In this document: piece after piece, positions 47,699 through 59,155 of the stretch
Layout: the number at the start of each line of letters is the position of its first letter
Numbering within the stretch: position 1 is the first letter of the stretch
NCBI GenBank assembly: GCA_964512835.1
Contig: CAZELA010000001.1
Location: 425,372 to 489,371, forward strand
Length of the DNA: 64,000 nucleotides
From: an uncultured Candidatus Saccharibacteria bacterium
GTDB taxonomy: Bacteria > Patescibacteriota > Minisyncoccia > Phycocordibacterales > UBA2100
Direction: 5' to 3'
The notes under the pieces: generated by a model
The model's input: only the letters and a program-made list of their open reading frames with translations
Told to the model about the DNA's origin: nothing
Database searches by the model: none
Position numbers and translations under genes: made by a program

Positions 47699-48664
47699 CT
47701 AGGACTGAACCGTCGGATTACCTTTGGGGAAAATGGGATACCGCTCCGGATCGATTGTTCGTTCATAGCATGTCTGCGACGCACTGTGCTGCCAGTTTAG
47801 GTCGGCATCATTCATGCCGTAATGCATGGCTTCAGTTGCCTGTGCGGGAGCAATGTCTGCAGTTTCAACATTGAAGGTTGCGCACACCTCAAATGAATAC
47901 GGCTCGCGCGTGACACGATAGCCGTAATCCTGTCCGGTCTGCGCATCTTTCGGAACAATCATGCCGCTAAGCGGATCGGACAGTTCTGCAAGATTTGCCG
48001 GCAGACGGCCCTTCGTTTGATAGAAATTCGTCACCTGATACTGAATGCTCTGCAGGTCAGTTACCTTCTGGGAATCAAGCCGCTGCAATCGGATCTGATT
48101 CGGCGAGCCGATAATCAGGAACCCCGACACAATCGTTGCGAGTACGAGCACACCCGCAGCAATACCGACAGAGCGGGCTCGGCCCGGGAATTTGATCCAG
48201 TACCCCCAGTAGTCCGCGAGGAAGTGCATAAATACCGCAGCTGCCACCAAGAGCACCGTTGCTACCTTGAGCACAAAGCGCACCGTCACTTCGCCTCCCA
48301 AAAAGTAATTGATGAGCCAGATGAGGTCGACCGCCATCGCGACACCCGCTATGAACAGTGTGAGATAGAGTGCCCAGCGCCGGATCCAGAGATCGGCCTT
48401 GCCGTGGTCTTTGATGATGTCGCGGCGAATCAGGTTCAAAAGCAAGACTGTAATCGGGACGAGCACGATGAGGCTCGCCATCGAGAAACGAATGGCAGCG
48501 GAAAACGGGTCGTAGTTGTACTGCTGCCCGTCGAGCACATCCGGAAACGCCTGATTAATGTACGCGAATATAAGGGTCAGGAACGATCCGATGCTCCAAT
48601 ACAGAGCAACCATTGCACCTGCCCACAAAAAGAAGTCTTTGGGCGTAACTTTATGAGTATTCAT
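47699..48664 (-). CDS. hypothetical polytopic membrane protein with extracytoplasmic C-terminal domain
   Basis: About six TM helices then a 130 aa soluble tail. Start chosen at ATG 48664 (MNTHKV), although the ORF is open to 48760. Confidence 0.5.
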   Translation of the reverse strand: MNTHKVTPKDFFLWAGAMVALYWSIGSFLTLIFAYINQAFPDVLDGQQYNYDPFSAAIRFSMASLIVLVPITVLLLNLIRRDIIKDHGKADLWIRRWALYLTLFIAGVAMAVDLIWLINYFLGGEVTVRFVLKVATVLLVAAAVFMHFLADYWGYWIKFPGRARSVGIAAGVLVLATIVSGFLIIGSPNQIRLQRLDSQKVTDLQSIQYQVTNFYQTKGRLPANLAELSDPLSGMIVPKDAQTGQDYGYRVTREPYSFEVCATFNVETADIAPAQATEAMHYGMNDADLNWQHSASQTCYERTIDPERYPIFPKGNPTVQS

Positions 48665-48744
48665 GATGAAACTATAACGTACGGCGTACCCGTTGACATA
48701 CAAGCGTAGCCGTTGCACTATTCGTCCGGCAATGGGAGGGTCTA

Positions 48745-49182
48745 ATGGCCGCACTATCACTCGAGTCAGGAGTCAGTCAGTTGGCTCTGCTCGGTATCCG
48801 GGGCTACCGTAAGTATATTTCGCCCTATAAGGGATTCCGCTGCGCACACCATGCGCTGCACGATCAGGGTTCATGTTCCACGTTCGGTCTCCAAGCGTTT
48901 CAGGAGAATCGGCCGCTCGAAGCATGGCGAAAGCTCCGCGGAAGGTTCGTCGAATGTCGCCTCGCCTACGAAGCACTGATGCGCGAGACCAAGGAGGAAC
49001 GCGAGGAGCGCAAGCGCAAAAAGCGCACGGAAAGGCGGGAACAGTATTCCGAATACTGCATGCCGCTGGAAGCATGTCCTCCGTCCGACTGCGCGATGGT
49101 CGACTTCACGCCCGATAAGAGCTGCGACATGCCCGACGTCTCATGCGAAGTCGGCACCTGCGACATCGGTTCGTGCAGCTAG
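48745..49182 (+). CDS. putative YidD-like (membrane protein insertion efficiency factor) domain protein with Cys/Asp-rich C-terminal extension
   Basis: GYRKYISPYKGFRC...CSTFGLQAFQE loosely resembles YidD ([23 protein letters not shown]). It is followed by a charged coiled region and a tail with eight Cys (CMPLEACPPSDCAMVDFTPDKSCDMPDVSCEVGTCDIGSC). Confidence 0.35.
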   Translation: MAALSLESGVSQLALLGIRGYRKYISPYKGFRCAHHALHDQGSCSTFGLQAFQENRPLEAWRKLRGRFVECRLAYEALMRETKEEREERKRKKRTERREQYSEYCMPLEACPPSDCAMVDFTPDKSCDMPDVSCEVGTCDIGSCS

Positions 49183-49197
49183 GTCTTTTTTTGAACT

Positions 49198-49233
49198 AAA
49201 ACGCCGCGGTTTCCCGCGGCGTCTTTTCTTTTT
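49198..49233. terminator. bidirectional rho-independent terminator between convergent genes
   Basis: AAA-ACGCCGCGG-TTTC-CCGCGGCGT-CTTTTCTTTTT. Confidence 0.7.
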
Positions 49234-50329
49234 AGGAGTGGAGAAATTCCATCACATCACCGTCTTGAACGATGTACTCCTTCCCTTCTATGCGCAGCTG
49301 ACCTTTTTCTTTTGCCTTTGCATGCGATCCTGCTTCCAACAGCACATCCCAGCGGACGACTTCTGCACGAATAAACTTATCCTTGAAGTCTGTATGGATC
49401 GCCGCCCCTGCCTCCGGCGCAGTTGAGCCGCGTTTGATGGTCCATGCTCGGGTTTCCTTTTCGCCGGTCGTAAAAAACGAAATAAGATCGAGCAGCTCGT
49501 AGCCGCCACGGATCAGATTGTTGATACCGTCGTCTATAACCCCGAGTTCCCTGCGGAAATCTGCACGCTCGTCATCATGCACCTCTGAAAGCTCATGTTC
49601 GACGCCCGCGTCGACGAACACATATTTCGCTCCGGAGTTATCCAAGTAGTCCTTGAGTTCTCGCCACCGAGGGCCGTTTTCGGCATCAATATTGACCGCT
49701 CCGCTCTTGCGATTCAGCACGTACAAAAGCGGCTTCATGGTAAGCAGGTTGAGTCGCTTAGCGATCGGCAACTCTTTGTCGTCGAATGTTACGGTGCGCG
49801 CGGCTTTGCCGTTTTGAAGCGCGGGTACGATCTTTCGTAAGACGTCCCGCATTGCGACGATATCCTTGTCGTTACCCTTGGAATCGCGCTCTGCGCGTTC
49901 AAGCATTTTTTCGGCAGTTTGCAGATCGGCAAGCACCAGTTCCATATCGATAATCTCGATGTCGCGGCGCGGATCGATCTGACCTGCTACATGATGAATA
50001 TCCTCGTCGTCAAAGAGTCGAACCACTTCGGCAATGGCGTCGGTTTCGCGGATGTTGGTCAAAAACTGATTACCGAGCCCCTCCCCTTCGGAGGCACCTT
50101 TTACGAGGCCGGCAATATCAACGAATTCGACCGCTGCAGGTATTGTTTTCTGCGTGTTGGACATTTTGGCCAGCGCGTCGAGCCGGTGGTCAGGCACCGC
50201 TACCACGCCGACCGACGGGTCGATGGTGGCAAACGGATAATTAGCGATGAGTACCCCTTTTTTGGTGAGTGCATTAAAAAGCGTGGATTTTCCCACGTTT
50301 GGCAGACCCACGATTCCGATAGAAAGTGA
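49232..50329 (-). CDS. ychF: ribosome-binding ATPase YchF (Obg-family GTPase)
   Basis: G1 [13 protein letters not shown]3/G4 motifs and a TGS-like C-terminus (VQDGDVMEF). Start at MSLSIG. Confidence 0.85.
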   Translation of the reverse strand, partial: SLSIGIVGLPNVGKSTLFNALTKKGVLIANYPFATIDPSVGVVAVPDHRLDALAKMSNTQKTIPAAVEFVDIAGLVKGASEGEGLGNQFLTNIRETDAIAEVVRLFDDEDIHHVAGQIDPRRDIEIIDMELVLADLQTAEKMLERAERDSKGNDKDIVAMRDVLRKIVPALQNGKAARTVTFDDKELPIAKRLNLLTMKPLLYVLNRKSGAVNIDAENGPRWRELKDYLDNSGAKYVFVDAGVEHELSEVHDDERADFRRELGVIDDGINNLIRGGYELLDLISFFTTGEKETRAWTIKRGSTAPEAGAAIHTDFKDKFIRAEVVRWDVLLEAGSHAKAKEKGQLRIEGKEYIVQDGDVMEFLHS

Positions 50330-50406
50330 CATTCGGCCCATACTAGCCGAAATTACCCACTCGTGCCATAGTTTTTACGGTACAGACAGCCAAAGGGAGC
50401 CGCACG

Positions 50407-51126
50407 ATGGCATTGCAACTGCATCCCCTGATCAGCCCCGCGACACTCGCGAAATTACCTTCAATCACAGAGGAGGAAAACGTGCAGATTGGCGCACTAG
50501 CCTGTTCGGTGCGTATCCTGTTGAATTCGAGTTCGGGACTGGCGCTCAAGGTGCTCGATGCGATGAAAAACATCTATCGGCGGGCATTTCACGAACAGTT
50601 CGCCGATGAGGTCAAGGATGTTTGGCTTGAACACACGCGAAATCTGATGCTCCGCGAGTATTTCCCGACCGTCTACCACCCGCAGTATTTCGAGGGAAAG
50701 AGCTACGCGGAGTCTATCCGCAAGTTTCTGCGGTTCGCCGATCAGCGTTTCACCCACATTCAGATTCGGGGGACGGATACCGCTGACGACTTCGTGGTGA
50801 CAGCGATCATACCGGGCAGCTGCATGGTGCTGCTTGCCCGAATCAGCGATGAACATGCTGTCACCCCAACGCTCGACGAAGTGGAGCTGATCGTCGCAAA
50901 CCGGCACGCGAATATCGACTACAAGTGGCCGGTCGGTATAGGTCTCGCGGTTGGTATGCTGATCGTCTTCGTACTCGTCAGCTTTCGCATCGACCTGCAT
51001 GATTACGGCGTGCCGGCAATCCTGTTTGCGGGAATGACGATCGCGAGCGGCATCGCCTTCGCCAAGAACCATCTGAAGGATCGCCGATTCGCACGACGAC
51101 ACCCGCAGCTTACGCCGGTTATCTAG
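50407..51126 (+). CDS. hypothetical protein with two C-terminal TM helices
   Basis: 239 aa with no recognisable motif. Confidence 0.4.
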   Translation: MALQLHPLISPATLAKLPSITEEENVQIGALACSVRILLNSSSGLALKVLDAMKNIYRRAFHEQFADEVKDVWLEHTRNLMLREYFPTVYHPQYFEGKSYAESIRKFLRFADQRFTHIQIRGTDTADDFVVTAIIPGSCMVLLARISDEHAVTPTLDEVELIVANRHANIDYKWPVGIGLAVGMLIVFVLVSFRIDLHDYGVPAILFAGMTIASGIAFAKNHLKDRRFARRHPQLTPVI

Positions 51127-51183
51127 TTCCTTAGTTTTCTGCGTATTCGGGCGGCCCATGGCCGCCCGTCTTATTTGAATAGA

Positions 51184-51774
51184 TTACGCGCCGCGCGAGG
51201 CAATAGAACGAACTTGTGAAAGCCACTTTGCCTTTTTCTCCTCGGGCACGTTTTCTGCCGGGCCGTACCACTTCGTGCGTACCGAGAACCCGGCGAACCA
51301 CAATATGCCCCATCGCAGCTGCGCGTTCACGTTACCGGGCAAAAAGCGTACAAGCAGCGGCTGCGTGCCGCTGGTCATAAAAATGCGTGCACTTTTTCCA
51401 CGGAACAGGCGGTGCCAAAAAATCGTGCGCTTGCCTGTTTTTGTTTTGATATAACGGAACGCCGAACCCGGTAGCCATGCCCGGTCAAACAAGCCCTTAA
51501 GAATGGCCGGCATTCCGACCCACCAGACCGGATAGATAATGACGAAGTGATCCGAGTTTGTAACCAGTTCCTGGAATCGCTTCAGATCCGGCTCGAGCTC
51601 CTGCATCGCACGGTAGCCCTTATGCAAGATGGGATCGAATTGCATCTCACCAATATTCATTCGCTCCACCGTGTGACCTGCAGCCTTTGCCGCGGCTTCA
51701 TACGTATCTGCGATTGACCCGCACATCCCGCTCTTATCAGGATGCCCGAGTAACAGAAAAATTTTCTTTTGCAT
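51184..51774 (-). CDS. flavodoxin-like fold NAD(P)H-dependent oxidoreductase (NQO1/MdaB/KefF-like)
   Basis: MQKKIFLLLGHPDKSGMCGSIADTYEAAAKAAGH is the N-terminal FMN-binding loop. A TATAAT sits 5 nt upstream of the ATG, which would make the transcript leaderless. Confidence 0.65.
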   Translation of the reverse strand: MQKKIFLLLGHPDKSGMCGSIADTYEAAAKAAGHTVERMNIGEMQFDPILHKGYRAMQELEPDLKRFQELVTNSDHFVIIYPVWWVGMPAILKGLFDRAWLPGSAFRYIKTKTGKRTIFWHRLFRGKSARIFMTSGTQPLLVRFLPGNVNAQLRWGILWFAGFSVRTKWYGPAENVPEEKKAKWLSQVRSIASRGA

Positions 51775-51802
51775 GAAAAATTATAGGAATCGATATCTGA
51801 TA

Positions 51803-51943
51803 TCAGGATCCGGAGTCATCCTCCGGAGCGGCCGGATTACCCAAGCCGTCCTCAACGATACCGTCATTGTTTTCATCGCGCGCCAGCGGATCGTGAATGT
51901 CCGACAGAATACCTCGGTCCTCCTGGTTCGGTAAAATGGTCAT
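51803..51943 (-). CDS. candidate small acidic protein (46 aa), leaderless; speculative
   Basis: MTILPNQEDRGILSDIHDPLARDENNDGIVEDGLGNPAAPEDDSGS. On the minus strand TATAAT ends 6 nt before the ATG, with no SD. This is weak evidence. Confidence 0.2.
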   Translation of the reverse strand: MTILPNQEDRGILSDIHDPLARDENNDGIVEDGLGNPAAPEDDSGS

Positions 51944-51988
51944 ATATTGATTATATAGCATCCAAAGGCTGAGGTCCCCGTGAACAAC

Positions 51989-52294
51989 TCATGACGCGTT
52001 TGCAGATCGCTCTACGACCGCAAGCACCGCCGCCGGGTCATCATCTGCCGATGTCTTATTGCGACGCCGATGCCCGCACACAGTGCAGGTGTGAACGATC
52101 ACGTATTCAGGAGTGGACCCTTCCACCGAAGTCGGCTCCATCGCACCCCCGCAGTTTGCCGCCCTGTCTCCCGGCTCAATATCGACATGCTTGCTCCACA
52201 AGCACCGAGGGCAATGATTCGTAAACCCGGTGCCGGTAACCGACGCACCGCAGTGTTCGCACGTAAAGTCTTCGATGGTGCGCGTAAACGCCAT
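51989..52294 (-). CDS. RNHCP domain protein
   Basis: The TNHCPRC motif plus additional CxxC pairs (CEHCG; CTVCG) form a zinc-ribbon arrangement. Start at MAFTRT. Confidence 0.6.
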   Translation of the reverse strand: MAFTRTIEDFTCEHCGASVTGTGFTNHCPRCLWSKHVDIEPGDRAANCGGAMEPTSVEGSTPEYVIVHTCTVCGHRRRNKTSADDDPAAVLAVVERSANAS

Positions 52295-52298
52295 GTCG

Positions 52299-54308
52299 CT
52301 ACTGTACCGAAACTGACGCGGTTTGCACGATACCTTGCCCCGAAAGCGCCGCACACGTGATCGCGAATTTCATGACGCCTTTTTTTGATGCGGTGATGAC
52401 GATCGAGCCCTCATTACTCATACCGATCGTACTGGACGCTGCACCCTGTACCATACGAGTGATGCACGGACGATCGGTCCGCATACCGACCGTAGACCAG
52501 GAAACGACCACGTTGCTTCCCACATACGTTGTCTGCGGCTGCGCAATAAGCGACGCGACCGCCTGTGCGCTTCCCTGCGCTCCGTATTGAACCTGCGTCT
52601 GACTGGTCGTCGGATTCGAGTTACCGAACAGCCCGGAAAACAATCCCGAAAGGAACGACGTACCGGATCCGTACGAGTTTGTTGAATACCCGGTCGGAGT
52701 CGAGTAGCCCGTCGTATAGCTATACGAGGTACCGTAATCAAAGAAGCCTGCTCCCGAAAAAGGACTGGCCCCATAGATCTGTGAACCGTTGCCGGAGACA
52801 AACCCGGTCAACGGAGACGACACACGCGAAACACTGCTTATTTGTGTTGTGTTGCCTCCGAGGCGTCGATCGAGCTCACCAAATACACCGGCGACCGTGC
52901 CACCGTTCCTGAAGACGGAAACATTGTTCGTGCACGCATCCATTGTGAGCGCTGATCCGCAGAGCGAGTACGCAGAATTATTCGGATCGTTCAAATATGC
53001 GTTGAATACGCGCTTGTATCCCGTTTCGCCGAATACGTGTATCGCGTATTGGCATGACGTGAGAGACAACCCCGCCTGAGTGCACTGCGTCCCGTACTGG
53101 CTCGCGAACTGATCCATCTTTGCATTCATGACCTGCGTCGAAATAGTCGGGTCATTGCGGTATGCGCAGTTGGCATATTCACTGTTACCCGTCGAATTCG
53201 CGTACGTGGACCACGTACCGCACAAGAAATGATACGGACCCTGTACCGACGAAAGCGGGTTGGAGTTGATCTTGCCGCACTTACTTTCGGCAAACATAAT
53301 ATTGCCCGCAAGTCCGTCTGTCCCGCACTGTGACGCGAGCCCGCCGGGCTGCACTTTGTTCGGATCAAACGTATTCTCATTACGCTGCTCCTGCTGCTGC
53401 CGATAGATCTCGTTGGCCTTTTCCGTCGAGATCTGCTCGGGCGGGGTCATCTGGGCGATATTCTTGATAACATCGTCGTTCAGCTTCAACTGTTTTGCGA
53501 TCTCGGTTGCTCCCGCCACGTCATTCGACAGCGATTTTTGTACCATCTCTTTGACCTTGTCAGGGTTCGTCTCGACGAGCTCCTTTGCCTGATCGGCCGG
53601 CACGCCGTAGCGCTCGCGCAGCATCTGTTGCAGCGCCTCGTCATTGGTAGGAGCCTTCGGCTCCTCTGCAACGCCCGTTCCGACGGGAGTCGGATTGGTC
53701 AGCGGCTTTTCTGCGTTGGGGCGCGGATCCGTTTGCGTCTGCAAATCGCTGAGCGCGGTTTCCATGGTCTTTTGACCTTCGGTCGCACTCGATTCGGTGG
53801 CCTGTTTCAATCCGTTAAAAAATTTCCCCACAGCGCTGTACAGCGCATTCTCGTCGCAGCGCGACTTTGACACATTTTGATCCGGCACCTGGAATCCGTA
53901 GTACCTGGAGTACACTTCTTTCGTTGCGATCTTAATGACAGGCTCCGTCTCCCCCTTTAGGCACCCCCGCTTCGGCACCTGAGCAGGATCGTTCGGCAAT
54001 TTGTCGTTGTATTTACATTTGTCCGTTGCCGTTACTTCAACCTGCACGCCATCATTCAATAATGTGAGTGAGGCAGCGAGGTCATAACATGCATTAGGGC
54101 ACGAGATCGCAGTATTAAGCCATTTCTCTGCTTCCGCTTGCGGTATCTTACTGTTAAATACCTGGCGAACGGTCGGTTGCGGCTCTGACGACGCGCCTTT
54201 CGGGCATTTCGTTGCGGAAAATGGAGGTCGGACAAGGGCACTCGCCGAAAACGGCAGCACAAGCAGAACGGCACACAGAAAAAGTACACACGAGCGCATT
54301 CCCCGCAT
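52299..54308 (-). CDS. large secreted Cys-containing protein with Tyr/Gly/Ser/Thr-rich repeat segment
   Basis: 669 aa with a signal peptide (MRGMRSCVLFLCAVLLVLPFSASA), about 20 Cys, and a low-complexity YGTSYSYTTGYSTPTGYSTNSYGSGTS segment. Confidence 0.5.
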   Translation of the reverse strand: MRGMRSCVLFLCAVLLVLPFSASALVRPPFSATKCPKGASSEPQPTVRQVFNSKIPQAEAEKWLNTAISCPNACYDLAASLTLLNDGVQVEVTATDKCKYNDKLPNDPAQVPKRGCLKGETEPVIKIATKEVYSRYYGFQVPDQNVSKSRCDENALYSAVGKFFNGLKQATESSATEGQKTMETALSDLQTQTDPRPNAEKPLTNPTPVGTGVAEEPKAPTNDEALQQMLRERYGVPADQAKELVETNPDKVKEMVQKSLSNDVAGATEIAKQLKLNDDVIKNIAQMTPPEQISTEKANEIYRQQQEQRNENTFDPNKVQPGGLASQCGTDGLAGNIMFAESKCGKINSNPLSSVQGPYHFLCGTWSTYANSTGNSEYANCAYRNDPTISTQVMNAKMDQFASQYGTQCTQAGLSLTSCQYAIHVFGETGYKRVFNAYLNDPNNSAYSLCGSALTMDACTNNVSVFRNGGTVAGVFGELDRRLGGNTTQISSVSRVSSPLTGFVSGNGSQIYGASPFSGAGFFDYGTSYSYTTGYSTPTGYSTNSYGSGTSFLSGLFSGLFGNSNPTTSQTQVQYGAQGSAQAVASLIAQPQTTYVGSNVVVSWSTVGMRTDRPCITRMVQGAASSTIGMSNEGSIVITASKKGVMKFAITCAALSGQGIVQTASVSVQ

Positions 54309-54352
54309 TGTACCGTCGCTCCGGTTCGTTTGATTCGCGCAATGTGGAGAAA

Positions 54353-55636
54353 CTATCTCCCGAATATATGCACGATCCGCTCGAGGAGCGAACGGAATGA
54401 AGTGAGCACCTTTATCATAAGCGTTTGCTCGTTCACCACCACACCAGCATCGGGTCGAGGATCGACACTGACACTGCTGAACGTGCTGACCGGACGCTCC
54501 ACGGCGGCGCGTACCGGCTCTTCGAAGACCGGCGTCGAGGTTGCGTCGTCCTGCGGCATTTCATCGTTGTATTGCGAAATAGCCATGAACGAAACATTTG
54601 ATACATCACCGGTCGGTTGTAGCTCAGTACGTGCAAACAACGGCGGCGGCTGCACGGTATCAGATGATGTAGGAACTACGAACAGCTCAAATATTGACTG
54701 GGCTACCACCTGTAGTGTGCGGATCCCTGAAGTAGCACTCGTCTCTCGAAACAGGGACGACAGGATCGAATTGGTCGCCTTTGGTACGGTACCTGCATTC
54801 GGTTGCGGTGTGACCGTCAGGACAGGGCTCCCCGGGTACGAAGAATCAGGCTGGTAGTTAACAGGAACCGGTCCGGTATTCGGTAGCGGCTGATTTTGGT
54901 AGAGCGGTTGCGATGTCGGCACCGATTGTGCCTGAGGCTGTGGAGCAGGAGCATACGATTGCGCCGGCGGTTGCGTCAAAAGTTTTGTGAGCGGGTTATC
55001 CGGCGTATCGGTACGCGCCGGTAGCGCCGTCGCAGGGATCGGAGTGCCTGTCTCCCGAACCTGACCGCCGCACGCTTGTATAGGGTTCTGTGACTGACCG
55101 CTCGGCAAGCCGGCAAGCTGAGTCCAATCCTTCGGAGCACGATTCGGATTCTTTGTTATATACGAATTGGCGAACGATCCGTCGTAGCCGGTAAAGTTGC
55201 CGACGGCAATATCCATTTTATCGGTACGAGCTTTCCCGTCACAAAATTGCGCCAAAAAAGCGCACGAGCACGTTCCGTTGAACGCGCACCCGGTGTCATG
55301 TACATACCCAACCACGTTTTCCAGCGTGTGAGTTTTACCGTCTCCGCCGTTGTTCGGGGGCGATGTGTAGGTAACGGTCCCGATACAGTAATAGCGACCC
55401 TTCATCACACTCGCTGAAGCGAGTGTGACGTATGCGGACTTGCCGGTGCGCACATCGTCGAGTGTTCTGATCACATTCGTGCCCTCGAGATTGTTTGATG
55501 CTGCAGACATACCGCCTTGCATCTTGCCGCCTGCGCCGGGGCCGTAAAACGTCCAATTAATGGCATTAGCCGCTTCAGCTTTGCCTAACATGAGAAATAC
55601 GCCGAGTACGACCGTGTACAAAATAATCCGCGGCAT
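54353..55636 (-). CDS. secreted protein with N-terminal 3D/DPBB-like domain and Pro/Gln-rich linker
   Basis: 427 aa with a signal peptide. The N-domain (GKSAYVTLASASVMKGRYYCIGTV...ENVVGYVHDTGCAF) resembles the 3D (MltA/YuiC-like) double-psi beta-barrel fold. The central P/Q-rich region is low complexity. Confidence 0.45.
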   Translation of the reverse strand: MPRIILYTVVLGVFLMLGKAEAANAINWTFYGPGAGGKMQGGMSAASNNLEGTNVIRTLDDVRTGKSAYVTLASASVMKGRYYCIGTVTYTSPPNNGGDGKTHTLENVVGYVHDTGCAFNGTCSCAFLAQFCDGKARTDKMDIAVGNFTGYDGSFANSYITKNPNRAPKDWTQLAGLPSGQSQNPIQACGGQVRETGTPIPATALPARTDTPDNPLTKLLTQPPAQSYAPAPQPQAQSVPTSQPLYQNQPLPNTGPVPVNYQPDSSYPGSPVLTVTPQPNAGTVPKATNSILSSLFRETSATSGIRTLQVVAQSIFELFVVPTSSDTVQPPPLFARTELQPTGDVSNVSFMAISQYNDEMPQDDATSTPVFEEPVRAAVERPVSTFSSVSVDPRPDAGVVVNEQTLMIKVLTSFRSLLERIVHIFGR

Positions 55637-55690
55637 TGCGGGTCATTGTAGCGTCTTTACGAAGAGCAAAGCGTAGTCGCTGTGGAGATA

Positions 55691-55939
55691 TTACAAAAGT
55701 ACGACAACGCGATTGTTCGCACATTCAAGTACACCGCTTTCCACGTCAAATGTGTGCGCTTCTCCCTGCTGGTCCTTTACCGAGATAGTACCGGATTTGA
55801 GCGTCGTAACGATTGCTTCGTGATGAGGAAGCAATTGCATTTCTCCTGCCGCACCGGGTACGGTGACCGACTGAGCGCGGCTATCAAAGAGTGTTTTGCC
55901 GACACTCGCGACAACAAGGTGGAACGTGTTATCCGCCAT
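55691..55939 (-). CDS. atpC: F0F1 ATP synthase subunit epsilon
   Basis: FHLVVASVGKTLFDSRAQSVTVPGAAGEMQLLPHHEAIVTTLKSGTISV is the epsilon N-terminal beta-sandwich consensus. Confidence 0.85.
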   Translation of the reverse strand: MADNTFHLVVASVGKTLFDSRAQSVTVPGAAGEMQLLPHHEAIVTTLKSGTISVKDQQGEAHTFDVESGVLECANNRVVVLL

Positions 55940-55948
55940 ACGTGCGTG

Positions 55949-57760
<1,812 letters not shown>

Positions 57761-57764
<4 letters not shown>

Positions 57765-58360
57765 ACAAATTCGGCCGCGAGAATTTCCCTGGCCTTTCTG
57801 AGCGCCCTCCCGCGATGACTCACACTATCGATCTCTTCCACCGTCATTTCTCCGAATGCGCGACCAAGGTCATTGGAAATAAAGAGCTGATCGAAACCGA
57901 AACCCCCGTCGCCCAGCGGCTCGGTTGCGAGCACGCCCTCGGTCACACCATATGCAAATCGAACTTTGTCCGTAGTCGGATCGTACATCGCTATCACATC
58001 ACGGTAGCGACAAGTACGTTTTTCAGTCGGCACGTCTTTCATCAAATCCAGCAACTGCGCGACTTTTTCCGCACGAGTTCCTTCAAAATAATGTGCCGTC
58101 TGGACCCCCATAGCCTCGGGAAACGCATCAAGCTCGAGACCGGAGTCGTCTGCAACTGCAAGCAGGTTTGTGTGTTTGCCGTACACAAACGCCTTGATGA
58201 TTGCGTGCGCTTCGTAGGTCGTCCCCGGTTCCTCTACGTCGAGTCCGGCAAGCTCCGGAAAATCATTGAGGGTTTTGAACGTAAACGGCGCACCCTTGAG
58301 CCCTTCCATAAGACCGGGAATCTTTCCCTTGTTTCCGGTTGCCAACAGCAGTTCACGCAT
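57761..58360 (-). CDS. rdgB: non-canonical purine NTP pyrophosphatase (RdgB/Ham1 ITPase)
   Basis: LLLATGNKGKI ... EEPGTTYEAHAIIKA ... ADDSGLELDA are the Ham1/RdgB signature blocks. Start at MREL (58360); the ORF is open to 58435. Confidence 0.8.
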
Positions 58361-58370
58361 AGGCACGATA

Positions 58371-58703
58371 TTACAGCGAGTTCGGATCGATCGCGAATCC
58401 GTGTTTTCGCGCGATCGCAGCAAATAATTCCGCACGGGATTTAATAACCGCGTTGTACTCGGATAACGCTCGCTGATCCTGCAGTTCCTGCTGCATATGC
58501 GCCCGCGAACTTCTGAACAGCATCTCCATATCCGAGGACATGTGATTTTGGATATCGTCTTCGTAGAGTGCAGGCGTCGGCGCTTCGGAAAGCGTGTTCA
58601 GTACACCCTTCATGTGATCGCTTACGTAATCAGCGGCATCGAGCGTGTCGTGCATCTCTTTGTAGGCACTTTTTTGAGCAGCTGCGCGATCTTCGAGGGT
58701 CAT
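58371..58703 (-). CDS. hypothetical protein
   Basis: 110 aa acidic helical ORF between the Nudix and rdgB genes. Confidence 0.4.
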   Translation of the reverse strand: MTLEDRAAAQKSAYKEMHDTLDAADYVSDHMKGVLNTLSEAPTPALYEDDIQNHMSSDMEMLFRSSRAHMQQELQDQRALSEYNAVIKSRAELFAAIARKHGFAIDPNSL

Positions 58704-58706
58704 GCG

Positions 58707-59153
58707 CTATTTGTTATCAAATCCGTAATTGCTGAACGGAATTCCCCTTCGGATACAGCTGAGCGCCTGCGCAATGTACGGAATGGTGTTCGCAGGCAGA
58801 TCGTCCTCGGCGTAAAACCACAGATCAGAGCATTTTTCCGGTTCTTTGTTTGAAAGCTCGCCCTCCCACGCTTCTGCTTCGATGTACACGTCGAAGTAGG
58901 TACGGTCCGGGAACTGACGCTGCATCACGTGCACGATCTTGAGTTCACTGTTCGAAAGATCAAGATTCGCTTCTTCAAACACCTCGCGAATCAATGTCTG
59001 CTCTGCCGTCTCCCCGCGTTCAATATGACCGGAGACGAGTCCGTAGTTTCCGTCCTCGTGACCCGTGTTCTGCCGCTGAGAAAGCAAAACAGTATTCCCG
59101 TCTCCACGAAGTACCAGAAACGATGCCCCGTGGAACAGAAATTTGTCGCTCAT
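58707..59153 (-). CDS. NUDIX hydrolase (inside ATP synthase operon)
   Basis: Nudix box SGHIERGETAEQTLIREVFEEANL. It sits 3 nt from atpG. Confidence 0.8.
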   Translation of the reverse strand: MSDKFLFHGASFLVLRGDGNTVLLSQRQNTGHEDGNYGLVSGHIERGETAEQTLIREVFEEANLDLSNSELKIVHVMQRQFPDRTYFDVYIEAEAWEGELSNKEPEKCSDLWFYAEDDLPANTIPYIAQALSCIRRGIPFSNYGFDNK

Positions 59154-59155
59154 GG

